Shown: positions 21,077-34,198, counted from the first letter of the whole stretch. The stretch: DNA of 63,914 nucleotides, filler included, from Vannella sp. (GCA_023345925.1; 9 parts of 9 records of this genome joined end to end with filler, not necessarily neighbours in it), one strand, 5' to 3'. A program made the numbers and translations. Notes: generated by a model not told the origin, from the sequence alone.

Positions 21077-23323
21077 TCACTTCCGCAGCTGAATGACGCA
21101 GCAGCTGATGTTATCCATGCTCCCCATCATATGAGCATGGTTTCGCAGCGTTGCAGCCGCATGGGAAGGCTTAGCATTCGCCAAAACGAGGTCAACAGCA
21201 TGTTGGTCCTCCATCACGTCCCAAACCCCGTCGCAGGCCAGAATCAGGAACTCGTCTTCAGGGCCCAGAGTACACTGGTTGATGTACGGCTCACAAGAGA
21301 CCCACTTTTCAAGCGCAAAGTCGCCGATAACCCGAGAGACAGCCAAAACAGAGTTAATGCGTCCGTCCGATACGAACCCTCCCAACCGGCAGATGCGTTC
21401 TTCCTCTTCAGGGAGCTCTGGCTTGTGGTCATAAGACATACGAATAGCCTTTCCACCTCGGGAGAGAACGGCACGGGAGTCTCCAGCGTTGGCAACGTAC
21501 AATTGGTCTCCCAACATGAGTGCCATGACCACGGTGGCGCCTTCTAAAACTCCAATGTGGGTTGCTTTGATGGCGCTGTGGACCTTGTGGAAGGCTTGGT
21601 TGATGGTAAGCTGTGGGTTCTTGCACTTGCTCTTCACTAGAAGCTGTTCAATGCGGGAAGCCAGCTCCTCTCCACCAAATTCGGCCACTCGGCGGCCTCC
21701 ATGTCCATCCAGGACGCAGTAGAAGTCCCATTCTTGGTTTCCCCCAAAGGCACCGCGGATAACCATACTGTCTTCCATCGTATCGCGCCTTCCTCTCATA
21801 TCTGCCAGAGAAAAGGTAAAGCGCGACGAAGGTGTGACCCGGATATGAGAGAGATGATGTAGAGAGGCCCCCAGAGGCTTCTTGAGAGGACATCCGACGG
21901 CGTGAAGTGACTTAAGTGTATCTGCCATGTGAGAGAAGTCAGGAAGTGACTTTAAATCGGGATTGTACGAAACATCCACCCAGAGAAGGGACGGCATCTT
22001 TGCCAATTCCCCAACGCTCTTCAAGCTGTTGCAGCTAACATCTATCACATTAAGATACTTAAGCTCTTTGATCGAACTGGGCAAAGAACTGAGGAGATTG
22101 CACGACGCATAAAGTTCCTGCAAGGAGAATAACTTTCCAATCTCCTTTGGTAAGGCTTTCAGGCCATTCCCTGCAATCACAAGGACAGAGAGACCTCTCA
22201 TACGTGACAAACTGGATGGGAAAGTCTTCAACTTGCCGTATCCCAGGTCCAAGGCGCGGAGATTCTTCATCTGTGAGAAGAACTCAATCTTGTCCGTTGT
22301 GATCTCAGAGCCACCCAAATAGATGTCCGAGACATGCCCAAAGCGACGGTTGAATGGTAACCAAGTGAGAGGGTTGTTTGAAGCTTGCAAGAACCAAAGC
22401 GGGAGAATCCCCCATAATGCCTCAGGAATCTCGGTGATGTTGTTGCTGCCACAATCGAGGACTTTTAAGGTCATGTCGCCCATGTGGGGAAGTGCCCGAA
22501 GTCGGTTCTGCTTGCAATCAAGCTGGGTCAGGTGATTGAGTCGGTTAATACTGTTTGGCAAAGCACTGAGATTGTTGAAGGAGAGCGTTAGCTTGGTCAG
22601 GCACTTCATATTGCCCATACAGGACTCGCTAATAGCGCCAATCTTGTTGTTGGAAATGTTCAAAACCGCCACTTTCTCCAAATGGGGATCACCCAAGTCA
22701 GTTATCTCGTTGTGGTCAGCAAAGAGTGTTCGGACGGTCTTCAGATTCTGTGGGAGCGTAGAAATCTTATTTCGAGAGCAGAGAAGCTCCTCCAGTGAGG
22801 GCAGGTTCTCGCTATTCAGTCCTCGAGGGAGCTGAGAGAGTCCATTCTCCTGCACGTCAAACCAACGGAGTGCTCGGAGAGTGCTGATCCCTTCTGGGAT
22901 CTCAGTGAGTTGATTGCGTGAAAGATTAAGGTCAGACAAGAAAGGAAGTCCAAAGAGCTCGTCTGGAATGCTCGTCAAACAGTTCTTAGAAGCCTTCAAT
23001 TGAGTCAATTTGGTCAGATGAACGACCAACGCGCCGGGAATAGAAGTAATAAAGTTATTGGAAATGTTCAGCACTCGCAAGTTGGTCAGCTTCCCAATCT
23101 CCAGGGGGAGAGCGGTGATCTGGTTGACATAAAAGTACAATTCCTGCAAGTTAGTCAGCTCTCCAATGCGAGAAGGGATTTCCAGAAGAAGATTATTCCC
23201 CATGTCAAGTTCAGTCAAGGAAATCACTTCAAAGACAGAGTCAGGGATGACTGTAAAGTGATTTCCCAGGATCCGCAGCTCCGTCAAAGCTTTAAAGTGA
23301 CTTAATCGTGGCATTGCTGTCAT
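21077..23323 (-). CDS. LRR + PP2C phosphatase (PHLPP-like architecture); may be 5' truncated
   Basis: About 20 LxxLxxxxNxLxxLP repeats, followed by the PP2C motifs RRDTMED, DGHGG, NAGDSR, DHKP, ACDGVWD and GSMDNIS. Confidence 0.92.
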   Translation of the reverse strand: MTAMPRLSHFKALTELRILGNHFTVIPDSVFEVISLTELDMGNNLLLEIPSRIGELTNLQELYFYVNQITALPLEIGKLTNLRVLNISNNFITSIPGALVVHLTKLTQLKASKNCLTSIPDELFGLPFLSDLNLSRNQLTEIPEGISTLRALRWFDVQENGLSQLPRGLNSENLPSLEELLCSRNKISTLPQNLKTVRTLFADHNEITDLGDPHLEKVAVLNISNNKIGAISESCMGNMKCLTKLTLSFNNLSALPNSINRLNHLTQLDCKQNRLRALPHMGDMTLKVLDCGSNNITEIPEALWGILPLWFLQASNNPLTWLPFNRRFGHVSDIYLGGSEITTDKIEFFSQMKNLRALDLGYGKLKTFPSSLSRMRGLSVLVIAGNGLKALPKEIGKLFSLQELYASCNLLSSLPSSIKELKYLNVIDVSCNSLKSVGELAKMPSLLWVDVSYNPDLKSLPDFSHMADTLKSLHAVGCPLKKPLGASLHHLSHIRVTPSSRFTFSLADMRGRRDTMEDSMVIRGAFGGNQEWDFYCVLDGHGGRRVAEFGGEELASRIEQLLVKSKCKNPQLTINQAFHKVHSAIKATHIGVLEGATVVMALMLGDQLYVANAGDSRAVLSRGGKAIRMSYDHKPELPEEEERICRLGGFVSDGRINSVLAVSRVIGDFALEKWVSCEPYINQCTLGPEDEFLILACDGVWDVMEDQHAVDLVLANAKPSHAAATLRNHAHMMGSMDNISCCVIQLRK

Positions 23324-23328
23324 CTCTG

Positions 23329-23428
23329 NNNNNNNNNNNNNNNNNNNNNNNNNNNNNNNNNNNNNNNNNNNNTTAATTAATTAANNNNNNNNNNNNNNNN
23401 NNNNNNNNNNNNNNNNNNNNNNNNNNNN
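23329..23428. other. Artificial contig linker
   Basis: N44-TTAATTAATTAA-N44. Confidence 0.98.
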
Positions 23429-23664
23429 AGTTCTGAGAATCCGGGGGTATCAATGATTGTCACCGAGTAGAAGTCGCCACCGAACTCTACGAGCAAGGTC
23501 TCGGATAAGGGGTCCACGGTCCCGCGGAAGATTTGCTGCTTTGTAATGTGATTGATGTCTTTGAAGTAGTGAACGAAAGTGGACTTTCCAGATCGCGCGT
23601 CACCAATGATAATCACGAACTTGGGAACACTTTTCCTGACAGTGAATGGGCTGGTCGAGGTCAT
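23429..23664 (-). CDS. P-loop GTPase N-terminus (3' truncated)
   Basis: G1 motif IIGDARSGKST and G3 motif IIDTPG. Confidence 0.7.
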
Positions 23665-23711
23665 GGTGAGAAGTGAGACGAACACCCCGTCCGGCCTTTT
23701 TGTTGCCAACT

Positions 23712-23809
23712 TGCACCCTCTAGCACCAATCAGAATCGGCCTTTTTGCACCCTTCTTGCACCAATCAGAATCGGCCTTTTTGCACCCTTCTTGCACCAGA
23801 TCAGAATCG
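23712..23809. repeat. About 2.8 copies of a 35-bp tandem repeat carrying CCAATCAG boxes, upstream of the GTPase
   Basis: Unit TGCACCCTTCTTGCACCAATCAGAATCGGCCTTTT. CCAAT at 23726 and 23761, with a degenerate third copy at 23796. Confidence 0.85.
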
Positions 23810-24543
23810 AACTTCCAACCAACCGGCCATGATGCAGAGAAGAATCCCAGACGCAGAAAATCTTATTAATGATCAACAGGTGACGCTGTGTGTCCAGGCC
23901 TGGCTTCGTGACGATCGCGAAAGAGAGATGGCCACCCCCTTCAAGGCCTTGCTCAATACTTTGCTTACCAATCCAACTCCCGCAAAAACTTGGAAGAAAC
24001 TGAGAAAAGATCTCAACATCAATGAGGCTCTAAAAGTAACTCCTGAGGCGGTGCGGTGCCTGAGGTAGCCCTTCCGCCGTTGCCGTTTCTTGGCCTCAAC
24101 CCTCCAGATCTGGGCATGACAGTGACACATCTTACAACGCATTCTCTGAGACGCTCCCTTTATGGTCGAAGTTGGAAACCTCCCCCTCGTTTCTATTTTG
24201 CGAAAGATACTCATGTCGTGACAAATGGAGCATCTGAAGCTCTGTTTGCACACCGTTTAACAATACGGGTTCTCAGCAGGTTATTTAACTGACAACTCCA
24301 GTGGTACCATCCCCGATTGGCCGGAGCTGAGAGGGTGCACTTTCTTTATTCTTGGCTGTCGGATGCGGGCCACGCTCACTACGTCGGATCAAGACTCAAT
24401 CTCCAAGCAGATCAACACCGAGGCTGCTGAGACTCCACAAGGAGCAGCTCATGGGCGCACGTGTAAATACAGACTAGTATATCTTTGTGATTGTGGTGCT
24501 GGGTCGGCGACCCGGGTCGTAGCCCAGTGTTCGCGATGACATG

Positions 24544-26850
24544 TCAAGTACATTCACCAAATAGTTCGTTAAGCCACCTCTGGATATAGGTACTGCCCAC
24601 ATGCCCGCTCCACACTTCGTTGACCACGGTGAGATAGTGTAGGCCATCCCAGGACTCTTCGGGCCGGCTTTGTGTTATATCCATGTTGTCAAAGTACTTC
24701 ACTCTCGTTCCCCGAAGCTCCTCTCTAGCAACCGCTGTCAATATCCGGCAATATCTTCTTTCTCGCCCCCTTACTGTGCAATGCGAGAGAATCTCTCGTT
24801 GCGAGTTTGTGTGATGAATTCAGTCTCTGCGTGTGCCGTTCCAAAGAGGAATGGTGCGTGGTACCAAAAGATGTGGGGAGTGCCTTCCAATAGACTGGAA
24901 TGACTAATCATCTCTGCAAATGACTTGACATACGACCGGAATGCCTGAGTGATGATTTGAGTAAGGAGCAGGCACCCAGGAATCATAACTTACTGGCTCT
25001 GTTTGTTGGAACAGACAATACGCTGTGGCAGGATTCATGAGAAAGACATCTGGTCGAGTCTCTTCTCTCTTAAGAGAATCTCCGTGTATCTCATGAATGT
25101 GGAACTCAAACAAAGTGGAAGTGTCTTGTTCAAGAATGTTCCAGTGGTCGAGCATGGTTCGAGTGAAGTTAAAATCCCGGAAGATATCGTGGTCATCAAA
25201 TAGGAAGATGTCTGGCCAGTAGTAGAAGCTCAGGCGCACCGAGTCAAGGCCCCCTTCTACGAGCTGAATGTCAGCAGCCTCGAATTTTGTTGTGACTGCG
25301 TTGCCGAACAGAGACATCAGGTGTCCCACATGCTCCCGTGATAGAGAGTCCCCCATCACGTGTATCCAAGAAATGTCCTTTTCTTTTGCACACCGAAGGA
25401 AGTCCGTCCGGTCGTAAGCGTGGTAGTGGCACGCATAAGGCACCCAAACCCACCTGAAGCGATGTCCCTGCGAGCTGTGCCTGCTGATTCGAGACTCGTA
25501 GAGATCTCCAGTACAGATTGGAGGCCGGCATTCTTCATTAACAGGATGCCGGAGCCAGCGGCCAGGCTCCTCAACTGAAGTACATTTCCTCGGCTTTGAA
25601 GGGACAATCAAGTCCAATAGAGGCTCCAAATTTTTCTTTCCCTTCTTGGGAGGCTCAATTCGCACGTTTACTGCCTTTCTGGATCCCCGCACTTCGCTTC
25701 TCTGCAAGTCACAGGGAGAGTACTCATGATACGAGTGGGAACCCACTAAAATGGGCTGCACTTGCTTCATCTTGGCCTCGTTTGATGAATGAAACCAATA
25801 CAGTGCCACAAACAGCTCAAACTGGCCGCCATCTAGACCCTCAATCTCGATGCGATAGCCTCGTTGAGAGCTTTCTTTGGAGATGGGTTCGAACTTTCGC
25901 GACACCCAAACCGCCTGCTTCATCTCTGAACTGCCCAAGAAGGCGTTGAAGCCCACTTTGGACACTGCCTTGGGATATATCTCCACAGCATCGGGATGAG
26001 GAACGATCCAAAGCGCCTGGTTCAAAATGAGATCCGGAATTCACTTATTCACTTCTTCTTTCTTACCAGCCGGCTTCCTCTCATGAGCTCCAAAGGCCTC
26101 TCATTATTTATAATAGACTCGCCTTCACTACTGACAAGAGCAAACTGCTGGGCAGTCGGGAGGTCCCGATGAAGCCAACCTTCGGTTGAAGTTAGGAGAG
26201 ATTTTGCGATACCAGGGCTGAACTAACCGCTGCAATCATATCCACAGTTATCAGAGCGAAGAATCTCTTCAACATCATACTCAAAGTCGTTGTCTTCCAG
26301 TGGAACCGCAGAAAGATCTCTTCGGACCACACTCAAGCGGCAGTGGTCTGTGGACTCATCTGGGAAGAAGGTGGCAACCAAACTGCGACATTTACGTGAG
26401 TATCGTACGACAATCCAACAGTGCAGCGTACCGGAGCTTGTTAGAGTCGACCAGAAAGGGAATCCTCCTGGCAAAGCGGACACTTTCCGTGTTCTGTTGG
26501 TCATCTTTCATCTCTTCGGCAGTACAATGCATGCTCAGATAGTAATTACATCGTTTGAGCTCATCTAAAGTAGGACGAGCCTGAAGCGGAAGGAGCAGGA
26601 ACACGGCTTCGGAGCATCTTCTCAGAAGGTTGGGCCTATCCACCTGGAAGGAGATCTCAGGGTCTCTTTCTACTGTATCCATTGAGTTTGTTTCCCCTTG
26701 CATAGAGCCCTCCACATGTACAACATCCCCTCGAAACGCCTTTGCGAACACCCATGCAGTCTCCTTTCCCGTGTCCTCTTCCAGTAACAGTAAGAACATT
26801 GACAGTGCCGAGAACAGGATCAACCCCCTCAGGATCCACGCCAACCGCAT
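24544..26850 (-). CDS. Type II membrane PC-esterase / NXPE / TBL-like SGNH acyl-esterase or acyltransferase
   Basis: N-terminal TM anchor, WVWVPYACHY, IHVMGDSLSRE (GDS motif) and C-terminal WDGLHY (DxxH motif). Multi-exon; internal boundaries are approximate. Confidence 0.7.
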
Positions 26851-27133
26851 CGCCCAAGGGAAGCAGTAAATGACCATTTTAATCGAGTAATAAGGTCCCT
26901 TCCCAATTTGGAGCTTAATGTTGTCAAGAGGTCCACAGTCTCCAAGCGATAGGGCCGGTGGATTTGATCCGCGCAGGACACGAATCGGCCTTGAAGAGGG
27001 CCCCTGAGGTGGAGTGGCCAGTTGTGCAAGACCTTCCGGTCCGCTTCTTCCGCTGGTAGTGGATAACGTGAGACATCACAAGTATTAACCAATTTCAGCT
27101 TTATTGAAGCAATTCCGTGCAGGCAGGAATCTA

Positions 27134-27986
27134 TCAGAGGTTGAATTCAGATGTCAAGAGCATCTCCGAGGAGAAACTGGCTTCTGGCGCGGAGTTCAAA
27201 GCTATGAATGCTTGTGTCATCTCATCTTCATTCTCAGTCGAAGAGCGATGCTGAGGATGGTGAGGATGAGTGAAAGGGCAAAGACAAAGGAGGAAGGAGC
27301 CTGAAGAAGGTCCACAAGTGGAGAGTAAAGGGGGGGTTTGGTACCACTCTCCCGAGAAGGTGGGCAATAGGCTCCTTATGTAAGGTTAGTGAGAACAAGG
27401 GCAAAACTGAAGGCTACTACTTGTTACTAGGATGAGTGAAGGGGGAAAGCGATCTCCAGGACTCAAACCCCATTTTCTCAGAAAGGCCGACAGTCATTGT
27501 CCATATGATACCCAGGTAGACTGACATCTGGTATAGAACCGTTAAGATGGTCCAAATCACCACCCGAACAGGACACGTCAGAGTATCGTCCTCCCATTCC
27601 TTGATCCTTAAACGCAGGTAGGTGACGAGAAAGGTGATAAAGGCCACTGACAACTAAACAGTTTGTCAGTCTTGTTGAATGGAGGGCGTTCGTACCCATG
27701 AAAGAGTGAACTTCCAGGATAGGTTCTTGCAATGAGGACAGGCATTTCCCCACGAGTTAAACCCGTTCGCATACACCACATCTGAGTCTAAGGTATCACA
27801 ACCATCACTGCAAGCTGAGTACCAGTAGAACGGGTGCACGTGGACTTTCAGGCCAATCCCATTCGGGCCATCGCTCAGAACTCTCTCCTCGTACCACGGA
27901 ACGCAGAGAACGAGGAAGTTGAGCACCAGAATAATCAAATTGATGCGATAGCACACTTTCCGAATCCGCCGCACTATCACGTCCAT
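27134..27986 (-). CDS. Multi-pass membrane protein, claudin/amastin-like topology (tentative)
   Basis: TM1 is followed by PWY and a Cys-rich loop (CSDGC, CPHC), with further hydrophobic exons. The 3' end is uncertain. Confidence 0.4.
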
Positions 27987-28117
27987 GCCTGCCAAGTTGT
28001 GAAGGTTCAGGTGCTTTGGACGACCATATTCTGTGCCTCTCTCTGGCTGCTGGTCTCAGAGCTTTTCTTATGAATGAATGGCCTTTCCACGTTTGTTTTT
28101 TTTTGTGGAAAAACGGG

Positions 28118-28243
28118 TTTTAATTAGGGAACCCGCTTCTTGTGCAAGGAGGCCGGAGTGGATACATGGGCCATGCCTGCTTGTCCTCGGACAAACTCCA
28201 CCTTGGGATGGTTGTGGACTTTCAACCTTAGTCCTCTCGTTCT
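28118..28243. repeat. Dispersed structured repeat, copy B (truncated at the contig end)
   Basis: Homologous to 3448-3543, with an internal insertion of about 25 nt made of small hairpins. Confidence 0.85.
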
Positions 28244-28343
28244 NNNNNNNNNNNNNNNNNNNNNNNNNNNNNNNNNNNNNNNNNNNNTTAATTAATTAAN
28301 NNNNNNNNNNNNNNNNNNNNNNNNNNNNNNNNNNNNNNNNNNN
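28244..28343. other. Artificial contig linker
   Basis: N44-TTAATTAATTAA-N44. Confidence 0.98.
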
Positions 28344-28509
28344 CAGCCCCTCACTCAGCGGATTCTCACACGCAAACACATCATACATCAGCAACTGCTC
28401 CTCCACCGAGTGCGAAGAGATCTCCCAAAACTCGAAGAGCGCCGGCGCAGGAGGCTCCGCCATTACGCCGCCCCCAATGAATGTCGCTTTCATCACAATC
28501 TATTATAAT

Positions 28510-29521
28510 TCATATTTTTCGCTGTTTGGGAGAAGGGGAAGGGTTGGAGAGGTGGGAGAGGATGAGTTCGAGGCGGGATCGGACTTTGGGGTGGGCTGGG
28601 AGGAGGGAGAGTGATCCTAGGAGGATAAGGAGGGATATGGTCTTCATGCTGATGAAGGAGAAGTGTTGCGTCGGGTCGAGCTCGGCGAGGGTGAGGCCTA
28701 CCTCGACTGTGACGAAGGTTTGGGGCATAACTCCCACGAATGTGGCCCAGGCGAAGGGTGTGAGTGGTACACTTGCGAGAGGGGCAGCTGCATTGATAAA
28801 CCAGTTGGGGAGGATCGGTGTGATACGGAGAAACAGCAAATAATTGAAGATGGAATGTCGGTGGCGCTGAACCTGCTCCCCCTTTCAGTCTGTGCCCTCT
28901 GTAACAGTGTGACAAGCTTACCTCGGCATTCATAAAGGCCAGTTTTGTCGGAAAGAACCGATGGATGAGGCTGCGACCCACCAAGTAAGAGAGTCCGTAT
29001 GCCAATGAAGCCCCAATCGTCGCATTCTGGCTGGACTTGAGTACTTGGGTGTAGTGTTGAAGGCTACATACCAACACGCATATCCAGAACCCAGTACTGA
29101 ATCCAAAGAGCGCACCTGCACAGCAGTTGAGGAAGGAAGAGCCGGGAATGCTGAAGGTTTGGAGGCTTTCCGCTTCTTGAGTTCTCTCGGGAGTCTGAAG
29201 GAGAAGGGGCTCCTTACAATACGTAGAGCAAACTGAACCCAAAGACCATTGTACACCAATGAGACTGTACGCAGTCCTCGAATACACGAGCAATGGCTTG
29301 AGCCGACGCAATGGAAGTGGGGAAGCTGAGAGTCTCCCATCCCTCTCTGCTCCAGCAGTGAGAGGAGCCCCTTCACCCCCAACCAAGACCTACATCTCAG
29401 GCATACATAAGAGGAAGACTGCTGCAGTCAAAAAGTAACCAAACAAGACGCTTCCAACGATCCCCAACGACCGCCAACCAGACCGTCCATGACCCGACCC
29501 TCCCCCAAGCAGGCCAGCCAT
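28510..29521 (-). CDS. TMEM41: TMEM41 (VTT/DedA family) lipid scramblase
   Basis: Spliced product MAGLLGG...LLYVF|LQTFSIPGSSFLNCCAGALFG...ATIGASLAYGLS...YLLFLRITPILPNWFINAAAP. Four GT-AG introns. Confidence 0.88.
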
Positions 29522-29667
29522 GAAATGAGAAAAATCAAAATTATGAGCATGTAGGCAAAGGACAAGGGAAAGAGGGACTTCGAAAGGGCGGGAATTTTGG
29601 CGGGAAGAAGTCGCCGTTGAGTTGGGCCCCGTTCTGGCATTGCTTAGTTAGCCTTGGAGGAAGAGTT

Positions 29668-32600
29668 ATGAGTCGCCGGAGAGCAGCTGGAAGCAAGTCT
29701 GCTGTCGATGAGGCGCTGGAGAGAATGAAAACTCAAAAGGGAAAGTCTCGATTGGATGACATGGAAGACTCCAGCGAGGAGATGTTTGACTACATGGAGG
29801 AAGAGGAGTACTCCAGACACGTGGCTAAGAACCGTGAGAAGGCCAAGCGCTTCCTTGTGACTGACGGAATCGTCGACTCCACCGATTACCAAGACGATGG
29901 CGAGGAGTTATGGGTTCAGCAGCAAGAGCGCGAGGAGAAGGAGAAGGCTCCTGCTAAGAAGTCGAACAAACTCTCTGAAAAGCAGCAAAGTCGCATCAGC
30001 AGCTTGCTCGTGAAGACTTCCAGCGCCCCCAAAGTCAAGAAGGCGGTGAGTTCTCTCCCAGTTGATGTACTCCAGGACTCATTGTCGAATAGGAGACAGT
30101 ACGTAAGTCTGTTATGTCTGCAGATACGTTAGACAGCTACTTGGATGACTTTGACTCGAATCCTTTCGAGGATACCGCTCCCACGGCTGTTTCTGTGGTG
30201 TCCCAGTTAGCTCCTAGGATCACTGCACCTCTCAGTGCAGCGAACCGCCCTCACAAGTTAGAACCAGCCTCAGAGGAGGTCGAACAAGACGATCAGTCAA
30301 CCGAGGATCAAGAAATGGCCAGCGAAGAGGAAGAGGAGGCTACAGTCGTCCCCGTCAAGCCTGCGCAAGCACCTCTCAAGTTCTCTGCTGCTCCTCCTTC
30401 TACTGCTCGAGCATCAGCCCTCCCAGTCACTCCTAAAGTACAACCCAGCGCTCCAATCTCCACCAAAGTGGCAGAACCTCTCGAAAGAGCGGATCAGAGC
30501 GACTGGTTCAGCATGTGTGATGACACTACTGAAGCTAGCACAGTGTCACACTCTCCTCCTGCCCAGTCTGAAGTCACCGAAGAGCCAAAGAGCGAAGAAG
30601 GTGAAGAAGCCACTCGGAACTTCTTCCTGCTTGATGCCAGTGCAGAACAAGAGACGCCAGGGACTGTCATACTGTTCGGCAAGATCCTTAATCCCAAGGA
30701 AGGCAACAAAGCCCAGAGCTGCTGCGTGCGAGTCGAGAATGTACCCAAAACACTCTTCTTCCTCCCTCGCGTCTTCCGTGCAGAGAAGATCTTAACAGAA
30801 GATGGCAAAGAGGAGTGGGTAGAGGATCAAGACCACCCTGTCTCTGTCCGTGACGTCTGCGAAGAGTTCAACCGCATTCGAGGTCAGTACAACATTAAGA
30901 AGTTTATGGCCAAGCCTGTTCGGCGCAAGTACTGCTTCACACTGCCTCACATCCCCAGAGAAGAGCATGAGTACATCAAAATCAAGTTCCAGGACACTCC
31001 CAGCAGCAAGAGAATGACGGATTTCCCTCAAGAAGGTGCCACTTACAGTCACATCTTTGCTTTGAACCAAAGTCCTCTGGAATTGCTGATACTGAAGCGT
31101 CGTTTGATGGGCCCACAGTGGATCTCTATCAAGTCTCCCAAGGAATGCACCCAGAAAGTGTCTTGGAGCAAGCATGAATGGTTAGTGGATGACATGAAGT
31201 CACTTAATCCACTCAACAACCAGGCAGCGCCACCCATTCCTGACCTCGTTGTCCTCTCTATTAAGCTCACCACCATCCTTAACCACAACAAACAAGCCAA
31301 CGAGATCGTCGTGGCCTCCGCTATGGTCCACGACGCAGTGCGAATGGAGACTCCCACCCCCAACTGGGAGAAGTCTCTGAGTAGCTTCACTGTTCTGCGG
31401 AAGCTAGAAGGCACACCTTGGCCTCTCAACTTCCAACAGCGTATCAAAGAGCGCTTCCATGGCAAGCGGCAGCTCGTTCTTTGCGAATCTGAAATGATTC
31501 TGCTCAACTCACTCATGAACTTCATCAGTTCCGTGGACCCTGACATCATCATGGGTCATAACTACATCGGCTTTGACTTGGATGTGCTCTTGCATCGAAT
31601 GAAAGACAACAACATCGCCACTTGGTCCAAACTTGGCCGCCTTCAACGCCGCCACATGCCAAAACTCCAGCTTGGCGCTGGTGGACAACGGGATAGTACA
31701 TGGCAAGAGCGTCAGATCTCTGCTGGACGTCTCATCTGTGATACCTACTTGGCAGCAAAGGAACTCGCCATGATTCGACAATCCTCTTACAGTTTGGCAG
31801 CTCTCGCCAAGCAGCAGCTCAACGTCGTCCGCTACGAGCTTAACCGAGACAACCTGGTCGAGTACTATCGTAAAGGCTTCCCATCTGCCCCCACTGGCCC
31901 CGACACCAAGTATCTTGACGACCGAAACTTGGAGTTCCTCATCAAACACAACGAGAACGACTCGTTCTTGCAACTGGCTCTGATGTTCAAGTTCCAGATC
32001 ATCCCTCTGACCAAGCAGCTGACCAATCTGAGTGGAAACTTGTGGTCGCGCTCCCTCACGGGTTCTCGTGCTGAACGCATCGCTTTCTACCTTCTACATG
32101 AGTTCCACAACCGCAAGTTCATCACTCCTGACAAGGCAGCGTACAATGAAGCTCCCACGAGCCGGAAGAAGAAGGAATCCTACGAGGGAGGACTTGTGTT
32201 GGCTCCTAAGAGGGGCTTCTATGATCAGTTGATCCTCCTGTTGGACTTCAACTCTCTCTACCCCTCTCTGATCCAAGAGTACAACATCTGCTTCACCACT
32301 CTCGACCCTAAGCCACATTATAGTGAGGAGGGGGCCTTCCAGCCTATCGAGGAGGTACCAGGCTCTGACTCTGTCCGTGGAGTACTACCTGCAGTCCTAA
32401 AGGCCTTGATTGATCGACGCCGTGGCGTGCGACAGATGGCAAAGGGGGAGAAAGACCCGATCAAGCTTGAGCAGCTCGATATCAAGCAGAAGGCGCTGAA
32501 GCTTACTGCCAACTCTATGTATGGTTGCTTGGGCTTCCCTGCATCGCGCTTCTACGCCATGCCACTGGCCGAACTGATCACGAGGAAAGGCCGCGAGGCT

Positions 32601-34028
32601 TTACGACTCTCCAAGTCCATTGCGGAGGACAAGCTTGGCTTTGATGTGGTTTATGGTGACACAGACTCGATCATGGTGAGCACAGGGACCACAGACGTGG
32701 CCAGGGCGAAGGAGATCGCCACGCTCATCAAGAAGACGATCAACCAAAGCTACACACTGCTGGAGCTGGACCTGGATGGCATCTTCAAGACGATGCTTCT
32801 TCTGAAGAAGAAGAAGTACGCTGCTCTCATGCTCAACGCGGACGGCAAGACAACGACCCGAGAGACAAAAGGACTTGACCTGGTCCGACGGGACTGGTGT
32901 CCCTTATCAAAGCAAGTTGGTGGGCGTGTCTTAGACTTCCTCATGTCAGGAAACCAGATCGACGACGTCCTCCTGTCTCTCCATGACTACTTGAGGGGAG
33001 TTGCTGAGAAGATTCATACCTTCCCTTTGGAGGACTTTGTGATTGCCAAGAGCTTATCCAAAGAGCCAAAGGCATATGGCACGACTGCTTCTCTCCCACA
33101 CGTCAGTGTAGCCCTTTCCATGGTCCAACAAGGCAAGTCAGTTCGAGTGGGAGACCACATTCCCTTCGTTATCTGCCATCCTATTGACGATGAGCCTTGC
33201 TCTATCGCTCAACGAGCCTATCATCCTGACTTCTTCAAGCAGTCAGGTGGGGTGCTGGAGATTGACTATGGATGGTACTTGGAAAGTCAAATACTCGCTC
33301 CAGTTCTTCGTTTGTGCGAAGTTGTCGAAGGAACGAGTGCCAAACGTATTGCTGAGTGCCTTGGCATTGAAAGTAGCAAGCTTGCAGGCCGTTACAACGG
33401 TGCCAATGAACAAGAAGACGACCGCTTCTTCAGTCCATTGTCGTTGGATGATGCCGAGCGCTTCAAGGATGCAGAGCCACTCACTATTCACTGCAACATG
33501 TGCCGCAACTCATTCCCTTTCAAAGCCATCTCGTATGCAGAGGAGGACGGGAATTCTGTGATTGGCCACACTTGCACGAATCCGGATTGCCAGGAAGAAG
33601 TTGAGTTCAGCTTGGTCAGCAACCAACTGCATTTGCTGATTCGCAAGCACATCCAAAAGTACTACTCTGGCTGGTTCGAATGTGACGATCCTTCATGCTC
33701 GCATCGCACGCGAACTCTTTTTGTGAAATCTCAAGTGCCTCGTTGTACCATTCCTCGTTGTGGCGGCAAGATGAGACAGGAATATAGCTCCTCCAAGCTT
33801 TATAATCAACTCTGCTATCTCGAGAACAAGCTAGATCCCGCCCTGTTCGCCAAAGACAAAGAAAACACCGAAATGGGTCTGACAGCGAATGCTTACCGCC
33901 CTTTCTACACGTCCCTCCTCCAAGTCGTCCAAACCTATCTCAATCACAACGCGCACAATTTTGTTGACTGCCAACAACTATTCTCGTGCTTCTCCCACTT
34001 GGTGGTATCGCCACCCCAAATCTCATAA
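29668..34028 (+). CDS. POLA1: DNA polymerase alpha catalytic subunit
   Basis: YQDDGEE N-terminus, LLDFNSLYPSLIQEYNICFTT, KLTANSMYGCLG, YGDTDS, KGLDLVRRDWC and two C-terminal Cys4 zinc sites. Intron at 30046-30092. Confidence 0.97.
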
Positions 34029-34198
34029 ATATTTGTTCTCGCATTAGCAAAAGGCCTATTATCCACAAATTGGGATGGATTATGGGGGAATGGGTGAAAA
34101 GGGAAACCAGGCCAATCAGGTGGTAGCGTCTCGGCTCGGCCTCACACGGTCCCTTCTTCATCTACCCTGCTGCGCTCATTTTGATTGTTGCACGTCCC

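Noticed and set aside
23712..23809. 35-bp repeats as a CRISPR array
   Set aside because: The units are directly adjacent with no unique spacers, there are no cas genes, and the context is eukaryotic.
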